DNA from: Vulcanimicrobiota bacterium
GTDB lineage: Bacteria; Vulcanimicrobiota; Xenobia; Xenobiales; JADMJV01
Direction of reading: 5' to 3'
Length of the DNA: 64,000 nt
NCBI GenBank assembly: GCA_050250895.1
Contig: JBFWNU010000012.1
Coordinates: forward strand, 48,391-112,390
Notes under the pieces: generated by a model
The model's input: only the letters and a program-made list of their open reading frames with translations
Told to the model about the DNA's origin: nothing
Databases searched by the model: none
Shown here: positions 1 to 10,650 of the stretch, in pieces
Numbering within the stretch: the stretch's first letter is position 1
Layout of the letters: each line of letters opens with the position of its first letter
Made by a program: the position numbers and the translations under genes

Positions 1-2032
1 CGTCGAGCGACAGATTGCGCTTTTCCCAGCGGGTGGTGGCGCTGGGATAGGTGCCGTCGACGGGTAGAGCGCTAACCGGCAGCAGATCGCCCTGTTCGGC
101 CAGTATCCTGGCCGTCACCTCGCGCACGAATTCCGGCGCCTGGGCGGGCACCGGGTCCGGAGTGGGCGGTCCGTCGCAAGCTCCCACCTCGAGGCGATAA
201 AGCCCGTCGAGAGCCGAATCGACCGCCTTGAAGTTGCGCTCGACCAGGCTGCGCCCACCTTTGCCATAGCTCTTCTCGATGGCGGTCTTGATCCGGGCGA
301 GGGCCTGTTCTTTAGGCAGAACCTTGCTGATGGCGAAAAAGCAGGTCTGCATGATGGTGTTGATGCGCACTCCGAGCCCCAGCGAGCGAGCCACCTGATA
401 GGCGTCGATGGCCCACACTTCGAGTTCGAGGTCGCGGATTTGGGCCTGGACCTGGGCCGGTATTTTTGACCAGGTCAACTCGGGCGAGAAGGGGCTGTTG
501 AGCAGCAGCGTGGCTCTGGGCTCGATGCGTTCGAGCACCGGGAAGCGGCGCAAGAACTCGAACTGATGCACGGCCACGAAACTGGCTTTTTGGATTAGAT
601 AGGGGCTGGCGATCGGCTTGGGGCCAAAGCGCAGATGGCTGACGGTGCGGGCTCCGGCCTTCTTGGAGTCATAGACGAAATATCCCTGGGCAAAGCTGGG
701 GGTCTCTTCGCCGATGATCTTGACCGTGTTCTTGTTGGCTCCCACCGTGCCATCCGAGCCCAGACCCCAGAAGAGCGCGCGTACGGTCTGGGAACACTCG
801 GTGATGAAGTTCGGGTCGTAGTCGAGATGGCTGTGGGTGAGGTCGTCGATGATGCCGATGGTGAAATGCCGCTTGGGTCGGTCCTTCTGGAGTTCGCTCA
901 GGATAGCCGCGGCCATGGCCGGGGTGAATTCCTTCGACGATAGACCGTAGCGACCGCCAATGATGGTGGGTAGGCGACCTTCCCAACCTTCGACCAGGGC
1001 CGTGACTACGTCCTGATAGAGAGGCTCGCCGGCCGAGCCCGGCTCCTTGGTGCGATCGAGCACCGCCACGGCCCGGGTGGTTCTGGGCAGAGCGGCCACC
1101 AGATGCTCGACCGAGAAAGGACGGAACAGGCGCACCTTGACCAGGCCCACTTGTTCGCCCCGCGCGACCAGGGCCTGGACCGCCTCTTCGGCGGTATCGC
1201 AGGCCGAGCCCATCAAAACCAGCACCCGTTCGGCCTCGGGATGGCCCACGTAGTCAAACAGCCGATAGTGGCGCCCAGTCAGCTCGGCAAATTGGTCCAG
1301 GGCCGCTTGAACGATGCCGGGAGTGGCTTGATAGTAGGGATTGACGCTCTCGCGGGCCTGGAAGAACACGTCGGGATTCTGAGCCGTGCCACGAATGAAG
1401 GGATGATCGGGAGAAAGCGCTCGCTCCCGGTGGGCCCGAATAGCCTCTGAATCCAGCATCTTCGCAATCGTGTCGGGGTCGAGGTCCTCGATGGTGGCCA
1501 ACTCGTGCGAGGTGCGAAAGCCGTCCATCACGTGCAAAAAGGGAACGCGGGCTTTCAGGGTGGCAGCCTGGGCAATGAGGGCGAAATCCATGGCTTCTTG
1601 CACCGAGTTGGCAAAGAGCTGGGCGAAACCGGTGGCCCGGGCGGCCATCACGTCGCTGTGGTCGCCGAAGATGGAAAGCGCCTGAGCCGCGACGGAGCGA
1701 GCCGCGATATGAATCACGGTACTGGTCAGTTCCCCCGCGATCTTGTACATATTGGGAATCATCAAGAGCAGGCCCTGGCTGGCCGTGAAGGTGGTGGTCA
1801 GGGAGCCAGCCTGGAGTGCTCCGTGGACGGCCCCGGCCGCGCCTCCCTCAGCCTGCATCTCTTGGACCCGGGGCACCGAGCCCCACAGGTTGGGCCGCCC
1901 CTCGGCCGCCCACTGGTCGGCCCACTCGCCCATCGGCGAGGCCGGAGTGATGGGATAGATGGCGATGACTTCGTTGACGAGATAGGCGACTTTGGCGACG
2001 GCCTCATTGCCGTCTCTGGTGACAGAACCCAT
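1..2032 (-). CDS. nifJ: Pyruvate:ferredoxin (flavodoxin) oxidoreductase, 3' end runs off the window
   Basis: Absent from the ORF track because it has no stop in the window. The minus strand from ATG 2032 reads MGSVTRDGNEAVAKVAYLVNEVIAIYPITPASPMGEW, with the DGNEA and YPITP motifs of PFOR. Confidence 0.93.
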   Translation of the reverse strand, partial: MGSVTRDGNEAVAKVAYLVNEVIAIYPITPASPMGEWADQWAAEGRPNLWGSVPRVQEMQAEGGAAGAVHGALQAGSLTTTFTASQGLLLMIPNMYKIAGELTSTVIHIAARSVAAQALSIFGDHSDVMAARATGFAQLFANSVQEAMDFALIAQAATLKARVPFLHVMDGFRTSHELATIEDLDPDTIAKMLDSEAIRAHRERALSPDHPFIRGTAQNPDVFFQARESVNPYYQATPGIVQAALDQFAELTGRHYRLFDYVGHPEAERVLVLMGSACDTAEEAVQALVARGEQVGLVKVRLFRPFSVEHLVAALPRTTRAVAVLDRTKEPGSAGEPLYQDVVTALVEGWEGRLPTIIGGRYGLSSKEFTPAMAAAILSELQKDRPKRHFTIGIIDDLTHSHLDYDPNFITECSQTVRALFWGLGSDGTVGANKNTVKIIGEETPSFAQGYFVYDSKKAGARTVSHLRFGPKPIASPYLIQKASFVAVHQFEFLRRFPVLERIEPRATLLLNSPFSPELTWSKIPAQVQAQIRDLELEVWAIDAYQVARSLGLGVRINTIMQTCFFAISKVLPKEQALARIKTAIEKSYGKGGRSLVERNFKAVDSALDGLYRLEVGACDGPPTPDPVPAQAPEFVREVTARILAEQGDLLPVSALPVDGTYPSATTRWEKRNLSLD

Positions 2033-2093
2033 GCTGACAGACTAGGGCAAGGTATTCGTCAGTCCAATGATCCATGTCAGCGGCCGCGCCGCT

Positions 2094-3173
2094 TTATACG
2101 CGGGCCAGCCAGAAGCTGGTCTCGAGCACCGAGTTGATGGAAGCTGCGTTTTCGCGGGTGAAGATCTGCTTGGCGGCCTGGGAGATCTTGCCCCGGCGCA
2201 GCGAGTCGACGGCATCGGCCACCGAGACGGCCACGTGCTGTTGCACACTGGCGTCGCGGAAGCAATCGACCATACATGATTGGCAGCCATCGCGGATTCT
2301 CTGGCTGCCGTCGAACTCGAAGATATGGCACATCGGGCGCTTCCAGCTGTTGCAACGCCAGAGATAGAGGTTCCAATCGAGATAGAACTGCTTCCAACCA
2401 CCCAGGCACTCGAAGCGTTGAGGGCGCTCGTCGAGGTGGGCGTGCATGTCATCGAGCGAGGCGGTGGGGTTGAGCACGGGAATGTCGCGCTTGAGTCCCT
2501 TGACGGTCTCGATCCAGTCGTGCAATTCGTCTTTCGAGAAGGTGACCAGATCAGAATCGGCCGCCCCCAGATAAGACGACTCGAGGGCCGTCAGTGGAAA
2601 CGAGAAGGTCACCGCTTCAAAGCCTAGATCGCGCAGAAACTCCGGCAACTTGCCCGGAGTCTTGATCAGGCGGCTGCAGGTGACCGACGCCGTACAACCG
2701 ATCTTGTGGTGGCGGAAGCGTTCGAGCCCCTTCTTGATCTTCTCGCAAACCCCGGACAGTCCGCGGTTGTGTTCGTGGGCCTGGACATCGGGGGCGTCGA
2801 TCGAGATGATCACCCCGGAAAGGCCGGTCTCGGCCAGAGCGTCGATACTGCGCTCGGTGAAAGCCGAGCCGTTACTGACCATCATGGTGGTCATACCGAC
2901 CTCTTTGGCGTGCTTGAGAATGTCGTTGCAATGGCGGTGGACCATCGGTTCGCCACCGGTCACGACCAGAAAGCGAACACCGTGGGTGTAGAGAACATCG
3001 ATGGCTCGCAGGGCATCTCCGAGTAGCACCGACTTGCCCGATTTGGCCGGCAGCCGGTCCCGGGAAAAACTACAGAAATCGCAGGCGGCATTACAGACGT
3101 TGGTAATGGCGAATTGGCAAGTGCTGGGCCCGCCGTCAACAAAGACCTGCTTCACAATCTCAAGCCACTTCAT
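2094..3173 (-). CDS. Radical SAM protein
   Basis: CNAACDFC (CxxxCxxC), TGGEP, and a Cys-rich C-terminus resembling SPASM/twitch domains. Confidence 0.85.
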   Translation of the reverse strand: MKWLEIVKQVFVDGGPSTCQFAITNVCNAACDFCSFSRDRLPAKSGKSVLLGDALRAIDVLYTHGVRFLVVTGGEPMVHRHCNDILKHAKEVGMTTMMVSNGSAFTERSIDALAETGLSGVIISIDAPDVQAHEHNRGLSGVCEKIKKGLERFRHHKIGCTASVTCSRLIKTPGKLPEFLRDLGFEAVTFSFPLTALESSYLGAADSDLVTFSKDELHDWIETVKGLKRDIPVLNPTASLDDMHAHLDERPQRFECLGGWKQFYLDWNLYLWRCNSWKRPMCHIFEFDGSQRIRDGCQSCMVDCFRDASVQQHVAVSVADAVDSLRRGKISQAAKQIFTRENAASINSVLETSFWLARV

Positions 3174-3296
3174 CGCAAGGCCGCCGTTCGCCGGGAGGAT
3201 GGCAACCCCTCCCCAGGTAGGGGTTCCGTGCTTTTTGTCACATCTAGACCTGCAAAACCTTGTGGTATAGTCGCAAGTGGAAGATTGGAGGCCCGC

Positions 3297-6200
3297 GTGA
3301 GAGCCTGGTTAACATTGTTTGTCGGACTCGTGATGTCGCTGTCGGCAGTCGCCGATTCTCCCACGCTCGTTTTGGCGAGTGGGCACGCCGGCAAGATTGT
3401 GGCGCTGGCGGTGAGCCCCGACGGGCGTTGGGTCGCCAGCAGCGGCTTCGAGGGACTGGTCAAGGTGTGGGACGTTAGCAACCAGCGGGTGGTGGCCACC
3501 CTCCAGGACCCGGCCCTCAAGCCCGACCGAAGGATTCATCTCAACTATACCTCGCTGGCCTTCACTCCCGACGGCAAACTGCTCGTCGCCACCAATGACG
3601 GTTCCATGCGATTGTGGGACCCGGCTTCAGCTGCCCTGCTCCGAAGCTTTCAGGTGGGACCCACGGAGACCGAAGAAGGAACTCGGCTGGCCCTGTTGCC
3701 TCAGGTCGGGCGAGCGGTGGTCGCCAGAGCCGACACCGTCTACCTCATCGACTATGCAAGAGGGGCGACGGTCGATACCCTCCGCCAGGAGGGAATGGTC
3801 TTCTCAAGTCTGACCACGTCGAGTAGTGGCCGCGTGGCCGTCGGAGCAACCAGCACGGGCGGAGGCGTGTTACTGCTTGACCCAAACTTTAAAAAGCAGC
3901 GTTTTCTCGAACTTCCCGAGCGCTGGGGAGCCGAGCAGCTAGACTACTCCGCCCAGGGCGAGCGTCTGGCGATTCTGTCGGGTAGCGGCGACCTGTTGCT
4001 CTGGGATGGCAACCAGCTCTCGAAGACCGGGATTCTCGGGCACAGCGGTAAGATCCGTTGGAACGGGCCGAATCTGTTGGTTTCGTCGCAGGTCATCGAC
4101 GAGTCGCCTCTGCGAGAGCTAGACGGTCAGGCCAGGCTGATCAAAACGGCCAGCTTGGACGGTGTCTTCGAGTCCATGCATCCGTTCCCCGATGGTAAGC
4201 ATGTCATGCTCGGCTTTTACAACGGTGAGCTCGGCTACTATGGACTCGAGGACCAGAAGCTGACGCGCTGGAACGGCATCGTCTTCCGGCCGAACGCCAT
4301 CGCGACCGCAAGCAACTTGCTAGCTCTCGGCGGCAGGCAAGGCGAGGTGTGTGTCTTCGATCTCAATCAGGGTCGCGTCTCGGCCCATCTGCAAGCGACC
4401 GTGGGCTCGGCCGAGAGCCTGGCAATCTCGCTGGCGGCGGGACAGGTCGCCGCCAGCGACTACTACTCCGGGCGGGTCCAGGTCTATGACATGAAGACCC
4501 TCAAGGAGATCGGCCGTTTCGAATCTCAAACGGGCGACGCTTCGACTTCGTTGGCCTACAGTGCCGATGGCAGCAGGTTCGCTATCTTGCACAGCTCAGG
4601 CCGGGTCGACCTGTATGATACCTCGGCCCTTAGAGCGGCAGGGCACCTCGAGCCCCCTTCTGTCAAGATGCGAGCCTTCTCGTCGCTGGCCTTCCATCCC
4701 AGCGGAAACCGGGTGGCCGCCTGCAACCGGCAGGGCGATGTGGTCGAGTGGCTGCTTTCGAGCAAAGCCACCATCCAGCGCCGGGTCTATCACCGAGAGG
4801 GTACTTCGACCCATCTCAACCAGGTTGTCTATAGCCCCGACGGTCGCTGGCTCGCGGTGGCGGCCAACTCGGGCGAGGTGTCGATCTTCGAGGTCGACTT
4901 CGAGGACGCGCCCACCGTGGTCGAGGCCCCCGGACCGTGCATGAGTCTCGATTTTTCGCCGGACAGCCGCACCCTCGCACTGGGGGGTACCACTGGTGAA
5001 TTGGCCCTTATCGACGTGAAAACGGGCCGGGAGCGCTCACGCCATGCCGGCCACGTGGGCACCATCGTCGACCTCGGCTTCAGTCGGAACGGCCAGGCGA
5101 TCTTTTCCGCCGGTCTTGACGGCACGGTTCGCATCTGGGCCGGCAGCGACGGTCGACCCCTGGCCACGCTGCTAGCCACCGGTGGGGCCGAGTGGGTGTT
5201 GGCGACCCCCCAGGGCTCGTTCGATGGCACCCCGGAAGGACAGCGGGTGCTCGAATGGCGGGTGGGTGACACCATCTTCGCCCTCGACCAGTTCTTCAAC
5301 CAGTACTTCACTCCGGGTCTGTTGACCACCCTGGTCGGCACCGGCCAGGAGATCGCTGCCCCCGAGGCTCCTCAGGCCTTGAAAGCGCCACCTCGGGTGA
5401 CCATCCTCTCGCCTGGGCCGGGCGACCGCTTCGAGGCCGAGGCCGAGGTGAAGGTGGGAGTGGAAGAAAATGGAGGTGGCCTGGACGGTCCCTACCTTTT
5501 TGTCAACGGACACCGACTGCCCGACAACTTCCGCTCCTCGACCGGACCTGGGCAGTACACTTTCCGCGCTCCCTTGACCAAAGGGCACAACGTGCTGCGG
5601 GCTACGGCCTTCAATGCCGACCGCAGCGTCGAGAGTCGTGGGGCCCGGGTCACGGTCGAAAGCGATGCCGCCGTGTCTCGCCAGCCCGCGCTTCACATCC
5701 TGGCCGTGGGCGTAGATCACTACAAATCGGGTCTCACGCTCGGCTACGCTCGCGACGACGCGAGCGCCATCGCCAAAGCGTTCAATTCGGACCTTTTCTC
5801 GGACGTTCGGGTCAAGCTTCTGCTCGACGAGCAGGCTTCCGGGCAGGGCCTGCAGGCGGCCTTCGCCCAACTCGAACAAGAGGCTCTGCCCCACGATACG
5901 GTGATTGTCTATCTGGCCGGTCACGGCACGCTGGTGGGTGACGTCTACTATTTTCTACCCTACGACGCCGCCTACGGCAGTGACGAGGAACTGCGTAAAA
6001 CCGGCCTTTCCAGCACCGAACTGGCCGAGCACCTGACTCGGGTGTCGGCCACCAAACAGTTGGTCGTCCTCGATACCTGTCGTTCCGGCGCGGCCGCTCC
6101 CGTCCTGGGCAAGTTTCTGGCCGCCCGCGACGGCCTCTCGCTGATCAAGGCCCAGCAACGGTTGGCACGAGCCAGCGGTACTTTCTTGCTGGCCGCCTCC

Positions 6201-6458
6201 ACGGCCGAGCAGTATGCCAAGGAGGTTCCCGAACTTGGTCACGGGATATTGACTTACGCCCTGCTGAAAGGACTCGGGGATAAGGCGGCCCCCCAAGCCC
6301 ATCTCAGCGACGACGGTAGCGTCTCGGTCAATGCCCTGCTGCAGTACGTCGCCGGCCAGGTGCCCGATCTCACCACGCGCTACCACGGCGAGATGCAGAA
6401 CGTGGTGCAATATAGCACGGGGCAGGATTTTCCGCTCAAGCTCGAGGTTAAACGCTGA
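3297..6458 (+). CDS. Secreted WD40-repeat protein with a C-terminal caspase-like (peptidase C14) domain
   Basis: GTG at 3297 after GGAGG; signal-like MRAWLTLFVGLVMSLSAVA; GH...WD repeats; caspase dyad LAGHG and LDTCRSG. Confidence 0.85.
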   Translation: MRAWLTLFVGLVMSLSAVADSPTLVLASGHAGKIVALAVSPDGRWVASSGFEGLVKVWDVSNQRVVATLQDPALKPDRRIHLNYTSLAFTPDGKLLVATNDGSMRLWDPASAALLRSFQVGPTETEEGTRLALLPQVGRAVVARADTVYLIDYARGATVDTLRQEGMVFSSLTTSSSGRVAVGATSTGGGVLLLDPNFKKQRFLELPERWGAEQLDYSAQGERLAILSGSGDLLLWDGNQLSKTGILGHSGKIRWNGPNLLVSSQVIDESPLRELDGQARLIKTASLDGVFESMHPFPDGKHVMLGFYNGELGYYGLEDQKLTRWNGIVFRPNAIATASNLLALGGRQGEVCVFDLNQGRVSAHLQATVGSAESLAISLAAGQVAASDYYSGRVQVYDMKTLKEIGRFESQTGDASTSLAYSADGSRFAILHSSGRVDLYDTSALRAAGHLEPPSVKMRAFSSLAFHPSGNRVAACNRQGDVVEWLLSSKATIQRRVYHREGTSTHLNQVVYSPDGRWLAVAANSGEVSIFEVDFEDAPTVVEAPGPCMSLDFSPDSRTLALGGTTGELALIDVKTGRERSRHAGHVGTIVDLGFSRNGQAIFSAGLDGTVRIWAGSDGRPLATLLATGGAEWVLATPQGSFDGTPEGQRVLEWRVGDTIFALDQFFNQYFTPGLLTTLVGTGQEIAAPEAPQALKAPPRVTILSPGPGDRFEAEAEVKVGVEENGGGLDGPYLFVNGHRLPDNFRSSTGPGQYTFRAPLTKGHNVLRATAFNADRSVESRGARVTVESDAAVSRQPALHILAVGVDHYKSGLTLGYARDDASAIAKAFNSDLFSDVRVKLLLDEQASGQGLQAAFAQLEQEALPHDTVIVYLAGHGTLVGDVYYFLPYDAAYGSDEELRKTGLSSTELAEHLTRVSATKQLVVLDTCRSGAAAPVLGKFLAARDGLSLIKAQQRLARASGTFLLAASTAEQYAKEVPELGHGILTYALLKGLGDKAAPQAHLSDDGSVSVNALLQYVAGQVPDLTTRYHGEMQNVVQYSTGQDFPLKLEVKR

Positions 6459-7182
6459 TTTCGACGCAGGTGATAGCGTCTCGCAATCGGCAGCATCGCA
6501 GGCCTCGGGCGATCCTCTCCAGCGGCGGACCGCCGTCCTCGAGCCAGGCAGAAAGCCCCTCTTGCTCGACCATGGTGCCGTCCTCGGTGATGGCCTCGGT
6601 CACACCGTCGGTGAACAACAGGTAGCGTTCGGCGGGCCGCAGGCAAGCTCGGTGAACGGTGTAGCGTTCGCGAGCGACCACCCCCAGGGGCAGGTTATGG
6701 CCCTTGAGCCAGTGGACCCGACCGTGGGGCGACACGATCACAAGACCGGTGTGTCCGCCGTCGACAAATTCGAGAATGCCTCGACCCAGGTCAAAACGAA
6801 CATAGCAGAAAGTCACGAAGTGCTCGCGCTCTTGCAGGGCAAGGGCCGCGCGCGACTGGACCTGGTCGATGACTTCGTGCAAGGGGGGACAGGACTGACA
6901 AGCCCGGGCGAAGAGCTTGCGACAAGCAACGGCGATACGCGCTGCCGTCGGGCCTTTACCCATGACATCACCGATGCAGACATCGATGACTTGTTGGCTT
7001 GAGGCACTCAGGAGGTAGAAGTCCCCCTGGTTTTCGCCGGCGGGATCGTCCCAGACTCTGGCTTGTAGACGGCCGTGGCGAAAGGTCAGGAAGGGATGGT
7101 CGGTGGGAGTTGGGGTTCGAAGGGCGGAATGTGGACGGGGAGCCGGCGGTGCGTGAAGACGCTGCCGGGACACGGTTTTCAA
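6448..7182 (-). CDS. PP2C/SpoIIE-family phosphatase
   Basis: GDFY, IGDVMGKG, GGH, LFTDGVTEA and the terminal DAIT motif. Confidence 0.85.
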   Translation of the reverse strand: MKTVSRQRLHAPPAPRPHSALRTPTPTDHPFLTFRHGRLQARVWDDPAGENQGDFYLLSASSQQVIDVCIGDVMGKGPTAARIAVACRKLFARACQSCPPLHEVIDQVQSRAALALQEREHFVTFCYVRFDLGRGILEFVDGGHTGLVIVSPHGRVHWLKGHNLPLGVVARERYTVHRACLRPAERYLLFTDGVTEAITEDGTMVEQEGLSAWLEDGGPPLERIARGLRCCRLRDAITCVEISV

Positions 7183-7300
7183 AGGTCACACCTTTCCGAG
7201 AATTCCACTCCGAGAATAGCACGAACCTACCATCTCAGGCAGTGAAGTGGTTCACAAAAGGTCCGTTTCCGATCGTCATTACGAGGGTAGAAACCCCAAT

Positions 7301-7561
7301 ATGGAAGAGTCCTTGATGGAGTTTCCCTGCTCGTTCCAGGTCAAGGCGATGGGGCTGGCGGGGGAGGATTTTGTTGAGCACGTGGTGGCGCTGGTGCGTT
7401 CCCACATGGCCAGCCACGAGCCACACGAGGTGAGTTCGCGGCCCAGTAGCGCCGGCAAATACTGGTCGGTGACGGTCACCATCGAGGCTCAGAGTCGCGA
7501 ACAGATCGATCGCATCTATCAGGATCTCACCGACTCGGCCCTGGTGCTCTACGCTCTATAA
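7301..7561 (+). CDS. ybeD: YbeD/DUF493 family protein
   Basis: MEFPCSFQVKAMG and SSAGKYWSVTVTI...EQIDRIYQDL. Confidence 0.8.
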   Translation: MEESLMEFPCSFQVKAMGLAGEDFVEHVVALVRSHMASHEPHEVSSRPSSAGKYWSVTVTIEAQSREQIDRIYQDLTDSALVLYAL

Positions 7562-8551
7562 CCAGCGCATGACCAGGGCGCACCAGGCTAGTCCGCCCCC
7601 GAATCCAACCGTTACCACGATATCGCCCGAGTGGATGCGGCCCTGGCGTTGCGCCTCCCAAAGGGCCAGCGGCACCGACCCGTTGGAGGTGTTGCCGTAA
7701 CGGTCGACGTTGGTAAACACCCGGTCCATGGAGATGTTGAGCCGGCGAGCGGCTGCTTCGATGATTCTAAGGTTGGCCTGGTGGGGGATAAACAACGAGA
7801 CTTGCTCGGGCGCGATGCCAGATTTCTCCAACGCCTGAATCGAGGCTTCGCCCATGGCCTGGACCGCGAACCGATAGACGCCACGCCCGGCCATATGGAT
7901 GCAGTGATCGGTGCGCTCCTGGCTGGGTGCTCCGGCCCCGGCCGGAATGCGAAGAAGGTCGCCCCCACTGCCGTCGGCTCCGAAGTGAAAGCCAAGGATG
8001 CCGCTACCCTCCGGAACCGGGCCGAGCACGGCGGCTCCGGCGGCGTCTCCGAATAAAACACAGGTGGAGCGGTCGTCCCAATTAGTGATTCGTGACAGGG
8101 TGTCGACCCCCACCACCAGCACCCGCTTGTAGGTTCCGCTGGCCACGAACTGTTGCCCGACGCACAGGGCATAGGTAAAACCCGAGCAGGCAACCGAAAG
8201 GTCGAAGGCGCCGGCCCGAGTGGCTCCCAGGCGTTGTTGGATTCGGCAGGCGGTAGAAGGCATAGGCGAATCGGGGGTAAGGGTCGCCACGATGATGAGT
8301 TCGATCTCTTCAGGGCTCAACCTGGCCTGCTCGAGGGCCTGTTGCGCGGCTGTGAAGCCGAGGTCCGAAGAGCACAGCCCGTCGGGCGCGATGCGTCGCT
8401 CACAGATGCCGGTGCGCGAGCGGATCCACTGGTCGGAGGTGTCGACCCGGGCTTCGAGTTGGCTGTTGGAAACGATCTGGTCGGGAACGCAGTGGCCAAG
8501 TCCCAGGATGCCGACCGGGGCGAGTCGGACTCTAGTCATCGTGGCTGGCAT
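7556..8551 (-). CDS. fabH: 3-oxoacyl-ACP synthase III
   Basis: DTSDQWIRSRTGI, ACSGF (Cys), PHQAN (His), GNTS (Asn), GFGGG. Confidence 0.95.
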   Translation of the reverse strand: MPATMTRVRLAPVGILGLGHCVPDQIVSNSQLEARVDTSDQWIRSRTGICERRIAPDGLCSSDLGFTAAQQALEQARLSPEEIELIIVATLTPDSPMPSTACRIQQRLGATRAGAFDLSVACSGFTYALCVGQQFVASGTYKRVLVVGVDTLSRITNWDDRSTCVLFGDAAGAAVLGPVPEGSGILGFHFGADGSGGDLLRIPAGAGAPSQERTDHCIHMAGRGVYRFAVQAMGEASIQALEKSGIAPEQVSLFIPHQANLRIIEAAARRLNISMDRVFTNVDRYGNTSNGSVPLALWEAQRQGRIHSGDIVVTVGFGGGLAWCALVMRWL

Positions 8552-8560
8552 GAAATTCGT

Positions 8561-8959
8561 TCAGGCTCGATCCGGTGAGGGGAACTGGGCGCCGAGCTGG
8601 GTAAGACTCTCTCGCAGGTTGTCGGCCGAGTGGCTCCAGCCGAGGGCCGCGTCGACCCTACCCGATTCGAGGTCGCTCTCGACATCTTTGAGGATGCTGA
8701 GCTTGCGCGTAATCGTGTTGCGAATACGTTCCATTTTGCGCTCTTCGGGAGTCTCGGCGTTAGAAGTGCCGCCGGCCTGCCCGCCACCCGGGAAGCGGAA
8801 ACTCAAGAACTGCTCGGAGGAAGGGCCGAACAGCACCCGCAGGGTCTTGAGCACTACATCGTTCCAGCTGGAATATTCGTCTTCGTCAGCGGTTGCCAGC
8901 AGATTTTCACCAAGCTGAATGGTCTGGCGCAGCAGGTCTATCGCTTTCATTTCTTGCAT
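8561..8959 (-). CDS. Hypothetical protein
   Basis: Protein-like ORF (MQEMKAIDLLRQ...) immediately upstream of fabH; start uncertain. Confidence 0.6.
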   Translation of the reverse strand: MQEMKAIDLLRQTIQLGENLLATADEDEYSSWNDVVLKTLRVLFGPSSEQFLSFRFPGGGQAGGTSNAETPEERKMERIRNTITRKLSILKDVESDLESGRVDAALGWSHSADNLRESLTQLGAQFPSPDRA

Positions 8960-9039
8960 TGGTCGAGTCCTGGATCGGTTTAGATATGCAATTGAATCAC
9001 AACCAGAAAATTCCTGCAGAACACGGCCGGCAGTTGACC

Positions 9040-9783
9040 ATGGTCTCAATGATGGCAGCCAACTTCAGCGGTGCTTGTCGGAAGATCTCTCAACGGTTCG
9101 GAATTTCCTTCCTGGACGATCCCGATTGGACCGAACATCGGCGCGCCCTGGTCGAGGGGCGAGCTGGCCTGGCCGCCCTGTGTGGACTGGTCTACATTCA
9201 GTGGTCACAGCCACTGGAACTGCTAGCCGCTCCCGTGCCGACCGGCGACAAGTATGGGGCAGGGCCCATCTATTTCTCTGAGGTGGTGGTGACGGCCGAC
9301 TCTGGCTTGACCAGTTTTGAGGACCTGACCGGGCGGAGCCTGGCCATCAACGAGCCGGGCTCGCACAGCGGCTGTGCCATTGTCGGCTACGAATTGGCGC
9401 GGCGTGGGTTGAGCACCGATTTCCTTGGACCTGTTGTGCAGTCAGGCGGTCATCGGGCTTCACTGGCTCTGATAGCCGCGGGAAAGGTGGATTGGGCCGC
9501 CATCGATTCGACCGTCTTCGACTATTGGTCCCAGCGAGAACCGGAGCTTTTTGCCCGCCTGCGCAGCCTGACCCGGCTGGGGCCGAGCCCCCATCCGCCC
9601 CTGGTAGCTCAGGGGCTGGCCCCGGACCGAGTGGCCAGTCTGCGGGAACAGTTTTTGAGCCTTCCCCCTGACTTTCTGACGGAATTCGGTTATCAGGGCC
9701 TGGCCCAGGTGACCGACGCCGATTATGACCGGCTGCGAGAGATGGCACGGATGGCGGCTACTTGCTGGCCGGTTCGAGGGTAA
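9040..9783 (+). CDS. PhnD/SsuA-like substrate-binding protein
   Basis: LCGLVY, YFSEVVV, SFEDLTG, SHSG, SGGHRASL, AAIDS; start uncertain. Confidence 0.75.
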   Translation: MVSMMAANFSGACRKISQRFGISFLDDPDWTEHRRALVEGRAGLAALCGLVYIQWSQPLELLAAPVPTGDKYGAGPIYFSEVVVTADSGLTSFEDLTGRSLAINEPGSHSGCAIVGYELARRGLSTDFLGPVVQSGGHRASLALIAAGKVDWAAIDSTVFDYWSQREPELFARLRSLTRLGPSPHPPLVAQGLAPDRVASLREQFLSLPPDFLTEFGYQGLAQVTDADYDRLREMARMAATCWPVRG

Positions 9784-9810
9784 CGGCCGACCCGAAGGGA
9801 ACACATCCGG

Positions 9811-10650
9811 ATGGAAAACTTTCTTCGTTTTCGGGGGACAGACCGCTATTTGACCAATTCGGCCCTGGAGGCGGCCGTCAACTGCGCCCTGGCGCTCGAG
9901 AAGCCCCTATTGGTGAGGGGCGAGCCCGGAACCGGCAAGACTTTGTTGGCCGAAGCCGTGGCCGAAGGGCTGGGCCTCGAGCTGGTTCGCTGGCATGTCA
10001 AAAGCACCACCCGGGCCCAGGATGGTCTCTATGTCTACGACACGGTGCAGCGCTTGTACGACTCGCGTTTCGATGACCGCAACGTGCATGACATCAGGCA
10101 ATACATCAAACTGGGGCCGCTGGGACAGGCGTTCTCGGCTCCCTCGCGGGTGGTGCTGCTGATCGACGAGATCGACAAGGCCGATATCGAGTTTCCCAAT
10201 GATCTGCTTCATGAGCTCGACCGGATGCGGTTTCGCATCACCGAGACCAACGAACTGGTCGAAGCCAAAGAGCGACCCATCGTGATAATTACTTCCAACA
10301 ACGAAAAGGAGCTGCCCGATGCGTTCCTGCGGCGTTGTGTCTTTCACTTCATCGACTTTCCCGAGCCCGAATTCATGCGCGAGATCGTCGAGGTCCATCA
10401 TCCCGGGTTGGACCAAGAACTGGCCCGCCAGGCCATGGAGGCTTTCTTCGGCTTGCGCGAGTTGCCCCGCCTTCGTAAACGGCCCAGCACCAGCGAACTG
10501 ATCGACTGGATCTCGGCGCTCAAGGCGGCCGGCATCGAGCAGGTCACCCTCGAGCCGGGCATGCCGTTCCTGGGCACACTGCTCAAGAAAGAGCAAGATC
10601 TGGCCACCCTGGCCGAGCATGTCACGCGCCGACCCGGCTGGCGCAACTGA
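9811..10650 (+). CDS. MoxR-family AAA+ ATPase
   Basis: GEPGTGKT, LLIDEIDKAD, TSNNEKELPDAFLRRC. Confidence 0.92.
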   Translation: MENFLRFRGTDRYLTNSALEAAVNCALALEKPLLVRGEPGTGKTLLAEAVAEGLGLELVRWHVKSTTRAQDGLYVYDTVQRLYDSRFDDRNVHDIRQYIKLGPLGQAFSAPSRVVLLIDEIDKADIEFPNDLLHELDRMRFRITETNELVEAKERPIVIITSNNEKELPDAFLRRCVFHFIDFPEPEFMREIVEVHHPGLDQELARQAMEAFFGLRELPRLRKRPSTSELIDWISALKAAGIEQVTLEPGMPFLGTLLKKEQDLATLAEHVTRRPGWRN

